A DNA stretch of 64,000 bases, taken from the NCBI GenBank assembly GCA_014905635.1, contig CM026548.1, positions 124,001 through 188,000 on the forward strand, given 5' to 3'. The DNA comes from Scenedesmus sp. PABB004 (taxonomy: Eukaryota). The translations under genes were made by a program, and so were the position numbers. The notes under the pieces were generated by a model that searched no databases, was not told the DNA's origin, and was given only the letters and a program-made list of their open reading frames with translations. Positions within the stretch are counted from its first letter, which is position 1. Each line of letters starts with the position of its first letter. This document shows, piece by piece, positions 1 to 9,905 of this stretch.

Positions 1-1110
1 GCGAGGCGGCGCTGCAGGGCGAGCTGGAGCAGGTGGGCGGGGCGGCGGCGGCGCGCGCGCCGCCCGGCGGGCAGCAGCTGCGCGCGGCCGCGCGGCTGCG
101 GCGGCCGAGCCCCCCGCCGCGTCCCGCGCCCGCAGGCGCGCCGCGAGCTGGCGGACATGCAGCAGCAGGTGGCTGGCGCGGCCGCGCAGGCGGAGGCCGC
201 CGCCGCCGCCGCGCTGGGCGCGCAGCGCGAGGCCGACGAGGCGGCGCGCCAGCTGGGCGACGCGCGGGGCGAGGGGGCGCGCCTCAAGGAGCAGCTGGCT
301 GCGCAGGTCAGCGCGGCGGCGTCCGCGTCGGCGCGGGCTGCCACGCTGGAGGCGCAGCTGGAGGCGGAGCGCGCGGGGCAGTCGGCCGCCGCGGCGGACG
401 AGGCGGCGCGGGCGGCCGACCTCGAGCGCATGGTCGCGGCCGCGGTCGCGGCGCGCGAGGACGCGGCGGCGCGCCAGGTCGCAGACGCGCAGGCGGAGCT
501 GCAGAAGGCGCTGGAGCGCGCCGACGCGGCGGCGGCGCGCGCGGCGCTGGCTGAGCAGGCCAAGATTGAGCTCACGCTGGCGCTCGCCGAGGCGGCCGAG
601 GCCAGGGCGCGCGACGTCGACACCCACCACGTCGACGGCCACCCCGCGTCGCCGCGCGCCGGCGCCGGCGCCGGCGCGCCCGACGGCGGTGGCGGCGCGG
701 GCGGCGGCGACGCCGAGGGCGGGCCGGCGCCGCGGCGCGGCGACGGCGGCGGCGGCGAGGGCCTGCCCGACGGCGCGACGGTGGTGCAGGCGAGCGAGCT
801 GGAGGCCCTGCTCACGCGCGCGCAGGAGGCGGAGCTCGCGGCGGCGGTGCAGACGCGCCGCGCGGCGGCGGCGGAGGCCGAGGGCGACGCCCTGCGCGCG
901 CGGCTGGCGGAGTGTGAGAAGCAGGTGCATGACCTGGGCTGGCAGGTGCGCATGGTCGCGGCGGTCGACCCGGTCACCATCGGCGGCGGCCGCGGCGGCC
1001 GCGGCGGCCCCGGCGGCCCCGGCGGCGGCGGCGCCGGCGGCGGCGCTGCGGGCGGCGGCTGGTTCGGCGACATGCTCGGCTGCGGCGCCAACTTTGTGCG
1101 CCACAAGTAG
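1..1110 (+). CDS. 3' part of an Ala/Glu-rich coiled-coil protein of unknown function (5' end outside window)
   Basis: Exon 1-32, GT-AG intron 33-135, final exon 136-1110. Heptad-like sequence (e.g. LRARLAECEKQVHDLGWQV), ends WFGDMLGCGANFVRHK-TAG. Confidence 0.7.
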   Translation, partial: ARRRCRASWSRWAGRRRRARRPAGSSCARPRGCGGRAPRRVPRPQARRELADMQQQVAGAAAQAEAAAAAALGAQREADEAARQLGDARGEGARLKEQLAAQVSAAASASARAATLEAQLEAERAGQSAAAADEAARAADLERMVAAAVAAREDAAARQVADAQAELQKALERADAAAARAALAEQAKIELTLALAEAAEARARDVDTHHVDGHPASPRAGAGAGAPDGGGGAGGGDAEGGPAPRRGDGGGGEGLPDGATVVQASELEALLTRAQEAELAAAVQTRRAAAAEAEGDALRARLAECEKQVHDLGWQVRMVAAVDPVTIGGGRGGRGGPGGPGGGGAGGGAAGGGWFGDMLGCGANFVRHK

Positions 1111-1369
1111 CCGGCGGCTACTGCGCGGCGGCGTGTGCGCGCGGCGCGCGTGACCCCCCTCGCCGGCCGCGACCGCCGGCGCGGCGCGCGCGGTGTGGGA
1201 AGCTGCAGCCCGGCCGCGCACGCCGTCGTGGGCGGGCGTTTGGAGCGCACGGGCCAATTCGTGTGCAAAACCTCGCTGAACCCTGGGCCAGCCGGATCAC
1301 AACGCGCAGTCGCCCGCACGGCGCCGCCCCGCCCCCGCCACACTCCGCGCCCGCCCCGCCACACGCCTC
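1041..1369 (+). repeat. Direct repeat copy 1 (~329 bp): last ~22 codons and stop of gene 1 plus downstream intergenic DNA
   Basis: Matches 3233-3561 at a constant offset of 2192; about 4 substitutions, all near the 3' end. Confidence 0.95.
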
Positions 1370-1481
1370 ATCGCCTCGGTCGAACGAGGGGCTCTCGCTT
1401 GTAGGCTGCAGGGCTTCGGTTCGATACGCCGGCACCCCGCCCGCGCGCGCCAGCGGCGGCAGCAGCGGCGCGCGTCGCCAG

Positions 1482-3122
1482 ATGGCGGCGGCGGCCCCCG
1501 GAGCCGCGCCGGCCTCGCCCAACGGCCGCTGCGTGGCCATCATCAACCCCGCGGGTGCGCTCGCAGCTGGGGAGGCCCGGGTAGGCTAGGCAGCGGCGCA
1601 GCAGCAGCGACGCCCGACGCCTGTGCGCCGCCCTGCCCGCGCTCAGGCGCCGCTGAGCGAGCGGCGAAGCTCTGGCATCGAGTCAGGCCTATCGTGGCTC
1701 GGGAGCTGGCTGGCAAGGTTCGGCGCGCGCCCGCCGCGTGGCGGCGCGCGGCCTGCTGTGGGGCGCACGCACGGCTCGCCGCGCCAGCTGCGCCGCCTGC
1801 CGCGCGCAGCTGGAGCTGGACGAGCTACTGACGTCTGGCCCCGGCGACGCGGCGGCGCTGGCCGCGGAGGCGGCGCGGCGCGGCGCGGCGGTCGTGCTCG
1901 CGGTCGGCGGCGACGGCACGCTGCACGAGGTCGCCAACGGCCTGCTGGCCGCGGCACCGCGCAGCGGCGCGCCCCCGCCGGCGCTGGCTGTGCTGCCGAT
2001 GGGCACGGGCTGTGACTTTGCGCGCGGGATGGGCTGGGGCGCGCAGGGCGGCGAGGCGGGCGCGCTGGACGCGTGCCGGCGCATCACGGGGGCCGGCGGC
2101 AGGCGCTGGACGTCGGGCGCGTGACGCTCCGCCGCCCGCAGCAGCAGCAGCAGCAGCAGCAGCAACCGCAGCAGCCGCAGCAGCAGCAGCCGCAGCACCA
2201 GGCGCAGCCGCCGCCAGCGCCAGCGCCGCGTGCGCTGGTCACGCACTTTGTCAACGTCGCCAGCTGCGGCGCCGGCGCCGACGCGGGGACCTATGTGGGC
2301 CGCTGGAAGCGCCTGGGCGGCCTCGGTGCGCGCCACCCGCCCCGCCGACGCCGCGGCGCGCGAGCGCGGGGGCGGGCCTGGCGGCCGCAGCTGCGGACGC
2401 GCCTGCTGCGGCGCGAGCCTCGCGTCGAGCGCTCCACGGCGAGCCGCCCCCGCCGCGGCCGCGCGGCGCGCAGCGTACCACGTCGCGGCCGCGCAGGCCC
2501 TGCTGCGCTACGAGCCGATCACCGTGGAGGTGCGGCGCCGGGCGCAGGGGCGCCGCCGGCGCGCGCGCAGCTGCGCGGCGGCGCAGCGAGACGACGCGGC
2601 GTGCGCTGCCGCGCCGCGCCGGTGCCCAGGCGTCGTTCGACGGCGGCCCGCCCCGCGCGCTGGAGGCGCTGACGATCTTGGTGCTCGGCAACGGCGGCGT
2701 GTGGGGCGGCGGCATGCGCGTGCTGCCGCGCGCCGACCCGCGCGACGGGCAGCTCGACGCCGTCGCGATGCAGGGCCTGGGCCTGGCAGACTTTGTGGCC
2801 AAAGGCGCGCGGGCGCGCAGGGGTGGCGCGTCGCCCACGCGGGCGCGCCCCCGCCGTGCGCGCGCGCGCCGGCCGGCCGCCGCCCCCCCCCCCACACACA
2901 CACCCACCGCCGCACTGCCGCACCCGCGCAGGCCACCTGCTGCGCAGCGGCCGGTACGAGGGCGTGCGCGGCGTGACCCCGCTGCCGCGGTGGCGCACGC
3001 TGCGCGTGGCCGCGGCGGGCGGCGCCCCCGCGCCAAACTGGGAGCTCGACGGCGAGCTGCAGGGCCGCTGGGCGGAGGCGGAGGTGGAGGTGCTGCCCGG
3101 CGCGCTCTCGCTGTGCGTGTGA
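1482..3122 (+). CDS. YegS/BmrU-type diacylglycerol/lipid kinase family protein (6 exons, apparent 1-nt frameshift at ~2088-2092)
   Basis: Motifs [63 protein letters not shown]. Introns 1555-1646, 1718-1809, from 2326, 2530-2629 and a GC-AG intron 2805-2931. Confidence 0.88.
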
Positions 3123-3232
3123 GAGCGGCGGAGGCTCCGCCGCGGAGCGGACGGGCGCCCGTCCGCCTGCCTCGAGGCGCGCGTGCTGCGGCGGAGGCGA
3201 CGCCGGCCGTGCCGCGGAGCGCACGCCGCCAC

Positions 3233-3561
3233 CGGCGCTGCGGGCGGCGGCTGGTTCGGCGACATGCTCGGCTGCGGCGCCAACTTTGTGCGCCACAAGT
3301 AGCCGGCGGCTACTGCGCGGCGGCGTGTGCGCGCGGCGCGCGTGACCCCCCTCGCCGGCCGCGACCGCCGGCGCGGCGCGCGCGGTGTGGGAAGCTGCAG
3401 CCCGGCCGCGCACGCCGTCGTGGGCGGGCGTTTGGAGCGCACGGGCCAATTCGTGTGCAAAACCTCGCTGAACCCTGGGCCAGCCGGATCACAACGCGCG
3501 GTCGCCCGCAGCGCGCCGCCCCGCCCCCGCCACACTCCGCGCCCGCCACGCCACACGCCTC
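3233..3561 (+). repeat. Direct repeat copy 2: orphan 3' fragment of gene 1 plus the psbR upstream region
   Basis: Near-identical to 1041-1369; ends 30 nt before the psbR ATG; contains a CCAAT. Confidence 0.95.
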
Positions 3562-3591
3562 CCCGCCTCCTCGCCCCAACCGCTCGCCAAA

Positions 3592-4743
3592 ATGGCCGCT
3601 GTCGCGCAGAAGGCCATGATCGGCCAGGTGCAGGGCATGAGCCTGCAGAGGTGCGCGTCGCGTGATGCGTGAAGATGCGGACGCGTCGGCGCCGGCGCGG
3701 GCGCTGGCGCGACGGCGAGGGCGGGGCGCGGGCGATGCGGCATCGCGCGGCAGGGTGTCCCGGGCCCGGCGCGCGCCATTGCAGGCTGCCGCGGCGCACG
3801 GACGCGCATGGCGGCCGTCCCCGCTCACTGCGGCCGCCCCCGCCCCGCGCCCGTCGCGCGCGACGACAGGACCGCGCGTCGCAGCGTGATCAGCAAGAGC
3901 GGTGCGCAGCGCGCGCGCCGGGGCGTGCCGGGCGGGCGGGAGCGCGGATCTGCGCGCCCGAGGCGCCACCGCGCCGCGGGGCAGCAATGGGCCCGCGGGC
4001 GTGGGGAGCCGGGATGGCGCGCGATGGGCCCCCGGCGCGCGCGCACGGGCGTCGCTTGACGCCGCCGGCGCTCCCCCGCGCGCCCAGGTGGCGGCAAGAT
4101 CGACATCACCAAGGTCGGCCTCAACAGCATCGAGGAGGGCGTGGTGAAGCAGAACCTCATGGGCAAGTCCCGCTTCATGGGCAAGAAGGGCTGGGTGGAC
4201 TCCCAGGGCCGCAAGGGCAAGGTGCGCGCCCGGGAGAGGGGTGGAGGGGGCCCCAGGCTGCCGGGCGGCCGGGGCGATGACGGGCGCCGCGCGAGCGTGG
4301 TGCTGCCGCGGCGCTGCTGCGCGTGCGGCGGTGGCGGCGGTTGCTGCGGCGCCCGCGCCCGCGCCCACGCGCGCTGCGCGTCCCCCGCCCCTCCAGGGCA
4401 AGGGCGTGTACCAGTTTGCCGACAAGTATGGCGCCAACGTGGACGGCTACAGCCCCATCTACACGCCCGACCTCTGGACCGAGGGCGGCGACACCTACAA
4501 GCTCGGCACCAAGGGCCTCATCGCCTGGTGCGGCGCGGCGCCCGCGCGCGCTGCTGCTGGGCCAGCCAGCGCTGCGGGGCCTGCGCGCGCGCGCGAGAGA
4601 GAGAGAGCCGCCCGTCGACCGCCGACCGCGCTGACCGCGCGCGCTCCGCGCCTCGTCTGCGAGCGCGCAGGGCGGGCCTGGTGCTGGTGCTGCTGACGAT
4701 CGGCATCAACCTCATCCTCTCCACCAGCCAGCTGGGTGCTTAA
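3592..4743 (+). CDS. psbR: Photosystem II 10 kDa protein PsbR, nuclear-encoded (5 exons)
   Basis: Transit peptide MAAVAQKAM..., hallmark [28 protein letters not shown]-terminal TM helix, TAA at 4741. Confidence 0.95.
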
Positions 4744-5137
4744 GCGCAGCCGCGCTTCTGCAGACGCCCATGTAGCTTGTAGCTGAGCTGAGCGCGGGGG
4801 CGGCAGGCAGCGGCGGCCCGCTGCGGCCCCCGCGGGCAGACGCGGCGGCCCGCGCGCGCGCGCGCGCGCGGGCCGCGGCGCTGCCGAGTAGCGCGGCGCG
4901 CGGCGGCCCCCGCGAGGGGTCCGCGCGTGCGCGAGCGCATTTTGTGCCCGAGCCGCAGCAGACGTGCAGCGTGAGGGGAGGCGGAGTGTCGGCCGGGGAG
5001 GCGCGAGCGCGCCCGTCCCTGGGTGTCGGTCGGTCCGCCGCGCGGGCGCGCAGCAGCGGCTGCGACGCCCCGCGGCCCAGGAGGAGGAGTGCGCCCTGCA
5101 GGGGCGCCGCCGCGGCCGCGGCGTGTAGGGTTGAGCC

Positions 5138-5142
5138 TGTAA
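5138..5142 (+). terminator. Putative chlorophyte poly(A) signal TGTAA for psbR
   Basis: TGTAA about 400 nt downstream of the stop; the motif is rare in this GC-rich DNA. Confidence 0.55.
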
Positions 5143-5227
5143 ATCGAGCGTGCCCACCGGTCGGTTCGTCTGGGCAGCTGGCGGCAACAGCACACGCGCG
5201 CGCGCTCGAGCGCCCAGAGCTTAGCTC

Positions 5228-5232
5228 TTACA
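5228..5232 (-). terminator. Putative poly(A) signal TGTAA for biotin synthase
   Basis: TTACA on the + strand about 115 nt downstream of the stop. Confidence 0.55.
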
Positions 5233-5345
5233 CAGCGCCAGCTGGCCGCGCGGCGCTCCGGTCCGGCCCCTCTTGCCCTCCCCCGGCCCAAGAGCAGGCC
5301 CCCCTGCGCCGGTCGTGGCTATGATACACCGCGCCGCCCGCGGCC

Positions 5346-7490
5346 TCACGCGGTCGCGCGCGCGGCCGCCTTGTCGCTGCCGCAGCCGCCGCCGCAGCAG
5401 CCGCCGCCGGCGGCCTCGGCCGCCGCGGCGCCCGCGCCCGCGGCCGCGGCGGGCGCGCTGAAGTCGCGGCTCGTCTCGCCGCCGGCGGGGTAGCCCATGA
5501 ACGCGGGCCGCGAGGTCAGGCCGAGCGCGGCGAAGAGCGCGGCGTCCTCGTCGCGGTCGTTGTTGGCGGTCGTGAGCAGCTTGTCGCCGTCAAACACGCT
5601 GTTGGCGCCCGCGAGGAACGCGAGCGCCTGCTCGCCGGGCGAGAGGTCGAGCCGGCCCGCCGAGAGGCGCACGACCGTGCGCGGCATCACGACGCGCGCC
5701 GTCGCGACGCAGCGCACGAGGTCGAGCCCCGACGGCGGCGCCGCGTCCTGCAGCGGCGTGCCCTTCACCGCGACGAGGCGGTTGATCGGCACGCTCTCGG
5801 GGTGCTCCGGCAGCGTCGCGAGCGTGAGCAGCAGCCCCACGCGGTCCTGCTCGCCCTCGCCCAGCCCGATGATGCCGCCCGCGCACACGCTGATGCCCGC
5901 GTCGCGCACCGCCGCGAGCGTCGACAGCCGGTCCTCGTACCTGCCGGGGGGCGCGCGGCCGCGTGGGCGCGCGGTGCCGGCCGGGCGCGGCCCCGCAGCG
6001 CCGCAGCCGCGCGCCGCGCGCCGCGCGCCGCGGCGGGGCTCAGGCTGGTGCTGAGGCTGGTGCTCACTTGCGCGTGGTCGTGATCTTGCCGTAGTACTCT
6101 GGGCTGGTGTCGAGGTTGTGGTTGTACGCGGTCAGCCCAGCCGCGCGCAGCTGCTGTGCCTGCTCCGGCGTCAGCATGCCCAGCGTCGTGCACACCTGGC
6201 GCGCGCGCGCGGCGCGCGGCGCGCGGCACGGGCGGGCGTGGGCGGCGGCGCCCGCCGGCGGGCCGGCGCGGCGCGGCCGCCGCGCTCGTCGCCGGCGCGC
6301 CCGCGGCGCGGCGCACCTCCATGCCGAGCCCCCGGATGCGGCGCACCATCTCCAGCACGCGCTCCCACTGCCGCGGCCCCACCTGCCGCAGCGGCGGCAC
6401 GCGCAGGCCGTGAGGCGGGGCGGCGGCGGCGGTGGCCAACGCTGCGGCCGCCCGCGCGGCGGGTCGCGCACCTGGGAGGGCCCGCGCCACGCGGCGCCCA
6501 TGCAGAAGCGCGTGCTGCCGGCCTCCTTGGCGCGCAGCGCCGCCTGCGTGGGCGCGCGGGGCGGCGTCTCGGCTCCGCCGCCGGCCCCGCCGCCGCCTGC
6601 TCCCCGGCGCCGCGCGGCAGCCGCGCCCGGCCCCCAGCGCTGCCCCGCCCGCCGCTCTGCTGCACGCCGCCCGGGCACACAGCGCCCCTACACGCGCAGC
6701 CGCTCTGCACACGGCACAGCCCGCTCCCCCCACCCACACACGCGCACACACAGCGCGCACACAGCGCACACACGCGCGCGCGCACCTCGTAGACTGGCTC
6801 CAGGTCCATGAGCTTCTCCGCCTTGAGCCCCGTGTCGGCGCTCCAGTGGCTGCTCTGGCTGCAGTAGCTGCAGTTCTCGGGGCAGCCGCCCGTCTTGATG
6901 CTCAGCAGCGTGCACCGCTGGACCTGCGCGGCAGCGGCGGCGGCGCGCGTGGGGTGGGGCGGGCGCGGGCGCGGCGCGCCGCCGCTGCGCGGCCGCCGCT
7001 GCGCGGCCGCCGCTGCGCGGCCGCCGCTGCGCGGCCGCCGCTGTTTGTCGGCCCCGCGCCGCCGCACCATCGCGGGGTCGTTGTACATGCGGTGCACCGT
7101 CGCGGCCTTGTAGACGAGGTCGATGAGCGGCGTGTCGTAGACGGCCGTGACCTCCTCGCGCCTGCAGGAGAGCAACCGCCGGCAGCGGCCGCGCGGTGAG
7201 CAGCGGCGGCGGGCGCGGCGCGGCGCAGCGTGGGGCCGCCGCCGGCGCGCGCCGTCTGCCTGCGGCACTCACGTCCAGTCGGTGCGCACCACGCCCAGCT
7301 CGCGCAGCCAGCGGGGCCCCGCGGGCGGCGGGTGCGGGGCGGGCTGCTCGTCCAACGCCGGCAGCGGCTGCGCGGCCGCCGCTGGGCCGCTGGCGTTGGC
7401 CAGGCCACGGTGGAGGCTCCAGGCGGCCGCCAGGCGCCCGGGGGCGCCCGCGGCCGCCGCCTGGCGCGCCTGGAGCAGCAGGGCGGCCAT
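5346..7490 (-). CDS. BIO2: Biotin synthase, radical SAM, probably mitochondrial (7 exons)
   Basis: [21 protein letters not shown] (CxxxCxxC), [59 protein letters not shown]. Confidence 0.97.
6981..7043. repeat. 14-nt tandem repeat (GCCGCTGCGCGGCC) x ~4.5 inside a BIO2 intron
   Basis: Directly visible tandem units. Confidence 0.85.
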
Positions 7491-7982
7491 CTGTCGGCGC
7501 TGCGAGGTCGGTGCGGGCCGCACTGGCCACCGCCGCGCCGGGTGAATCAGAGGAAGCGAGCCCGCAGCGATCGGGGCGGCAATGCGCGCGTTTGCGTCGC
7601 GGCGCGGCGCAGGCGTTGTCGCAGCACGCGCCCGAACCCCAGCCAGCCCTGAGCAGCGCTCGCCCTCAGGAGCGCGTCCATCGATCCCCCCACCGCACGC
7701 CCGCCAGCCGCCCCGCGCGGAGCCGCGCACGGCAGCACAGCAGCTGGGCAGCAGCACCGCTGCGTGCCCCGCACGAGCCCCCTCTCCGCGAGCCCCCGCC
7801 GCGAGCTCCGGCCCTCGCTCGCGCCCCGGATCTCCACCAGCGACCCCGCCGCGGCCGCGGCAGCGCAGGCGGCGGCCAGCCGGGCGCGGCGGCCGCAGAG
7901 CAGCGCCACCCGCCGCCCGCCGCCGCCTGCCGCCGCCCCGCTGCGGCGGCAGCCGGCGCGGCGGCGCCCCGGCGGCGGCGCC

Positions 7983-9609
7983 ATGCAGCTCTGGGGCGGC
8001 GGCTTCGTGCCGGCGTTCGCGCAGCTGGCGGTCGTGTACTACGGCCTCGCCGCGCTGCTGCACTGGGGCGTGCCCGCGCTCGCGGCCGTGCGCGGCATCC
8101 AGGACGCGCCGCGCAAGCCTGGCGAGGTGGCGCGCGACGCGATCAACAGCCTCGGTGCGGCGGCGGCAGCGCGGCGCGCGCGGCGGCGGCGGCGGCGGCG
8201 CTGGGCAGCGCGGCCAGCAACGCGCGCCGCTGACCCCACCCCGCACGCGCCCCGCGGCCGCCGCAGGGCCCATCGCCGTCAAGGCGGGCGTGTGGACGGT
8301 CGTGGAGGCGCTGCACGCGCGCGGCCTGGGCAAGCTCTACGCCGGGCCCGTCACCGGCGCGGGCGAGGTGCGCCCGCGCACAGCGCCGGCGCTGTGTGGC
8401 GCCGCCTGCGTCGGTTTCCCGCCCCCGCGCACGCGCGCGCCCCGCTGGGGCGTGCTCACCTCGCCGCGTCCGCGCCACGCTGCGCCGCGCCGTGCTGCGC
8501 CGTGCTGTGCGCGCTGTGCGCGGCCAGGTGCTGTACATGCTGGGCTGCGTCGTCGCGCTGGACTACCTGCACGACGCCTGGTTCTACTGGACACACCGCC
8601 TCCTGCACTGGCGCCCCCTCTACCGCTGGGTGCACTGGGAGCACCACAGGTGCGCTGACGCCGCGCCGCCGCCGCCGCTGTGCTGTGCACCGCCGCGCGG
8701 GCGGCCCGCGCACGCGCGCACACATGCCCCGCGAACACACACGCCGCGCGCAACCTATCCACGCAGGTCGACGTCGCCGTCGGCGTTCACGGGCTACGCC
8801 TTCCACGTCGCCGAGGCGGGCCTGGTGTTTGCCAACGAGGTCATCGTGGCCTTCCTCTTCCCCCTGCACATGGGCCTGCACCGCTGCTACCACCTCGCAA
8901 CGACCGCCATCCACGAGGGTGCGGCGCGAGGGCTCCGCAGGGCGGCGGCGGCGCGACGACGCAGTGCCCGCGCGCGCCCGCCGCCGGCGCGTGCGCCCTG
9001 ACGGCCGCCCCGCGCCGCGCCGTGCCTGCCTCCGCGCCATGCCGGTCCCTCCCTCCCCCCCCCCCCGGCAGCGGGTCACGTGGGGTATGAGATGTCGCCC
9101 TTCATCCCGACGCTCGAGGGCGTCGCGGCGCTCGCGGCGCACGGCCTGCGCGGCTCGCCCGCGCTCAACACGGTGCAGCACCACGACATGCACCACCGGT
9201 GCGCGCCGCCGCGCCGCCGCCGCCGCCGCCGCTGACCCGCTAATCCCACCCCACGCCGCCGCCGCCTGTCACCAACACGCCGCCGCCTGCCACACCCGCG
9301 CGCACGCTCACCACGCTCACCACCACGCCACCGCCCGCCCACCGTCCGCCTGCCCGCCCACCTTCCGTCCGCCGCCCCCGCCCGCCCAGCTTCCCGCGGT
9401 CCCACTTCTCCCTCTACTTCACGCACTGGGACCGCTGGATGGGCACGCTGCACCCCAAGTACGAGGCGGGGCTCTTCCGCTACTTTGAGCACCCCCACGC
9501 CGCCAGCGCCGGCGCCAGCGGCGGGAGCGGCAACAGCGGGAGCGGCGGCGGGAGCGGCGGCGGGAGCGGCGGCGGCGGCGGCGGCGGGGACAGCTGCAGC
9601 GGCAGCTGA
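7983..9609 (+). CDS. Sterol desaturase / fatty-acid hydroxylase superfamily protein, C5-sterol desaturase-like (6 exons)
   Basis: His boxes HDAWFYWTHRLLH, VHWEHH, HHDMHH; HFSLYFTHWDRWMGT; Gly/Ser tail; TGA at 9607. Confidence 0.88.
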
Positions 9610-9905
9610 CGCAGCGCCCTCGCGAGCGCGCGTGCGGGCGCAGGCTGGACAGCAGCAGCAAGAGCAGCGGCCGTTGCGCGAGAAACCCAACCCCCGGGAC
9701 GCCCCCGCGGCCCTCGGTCGCGGGGCAGCTGTCCCTCCACCCTCATTCTTTGCCATGGTCGGTCGCGGGCTGCACGGCCATTGCTGTGCACGTGCCTGTT
9801 TGTCGGCTGGCGCGGCGGGCGGGCGGCGGTGGCAGAGCGTGCCGAGCAGTAAGCCCACCGCGCGTCGTCTGCGTTGTTGCCGCCACGCTACCACCACACG
9901 CCAGC

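Noticed and set aside
3233..3302. Second copy of gene 1
   Set aside because: Only the last ~22 codons are duplicated, with no upstream coding sequence. Treated as part of the repeat.
1041..3561. Direct repeats read as LTRs or a composite transposon
   Set aside because: The repeat is host gene end plus intergenic DNA. There are no TG...CA termini, primer-binding site, gag/pol or transposase.
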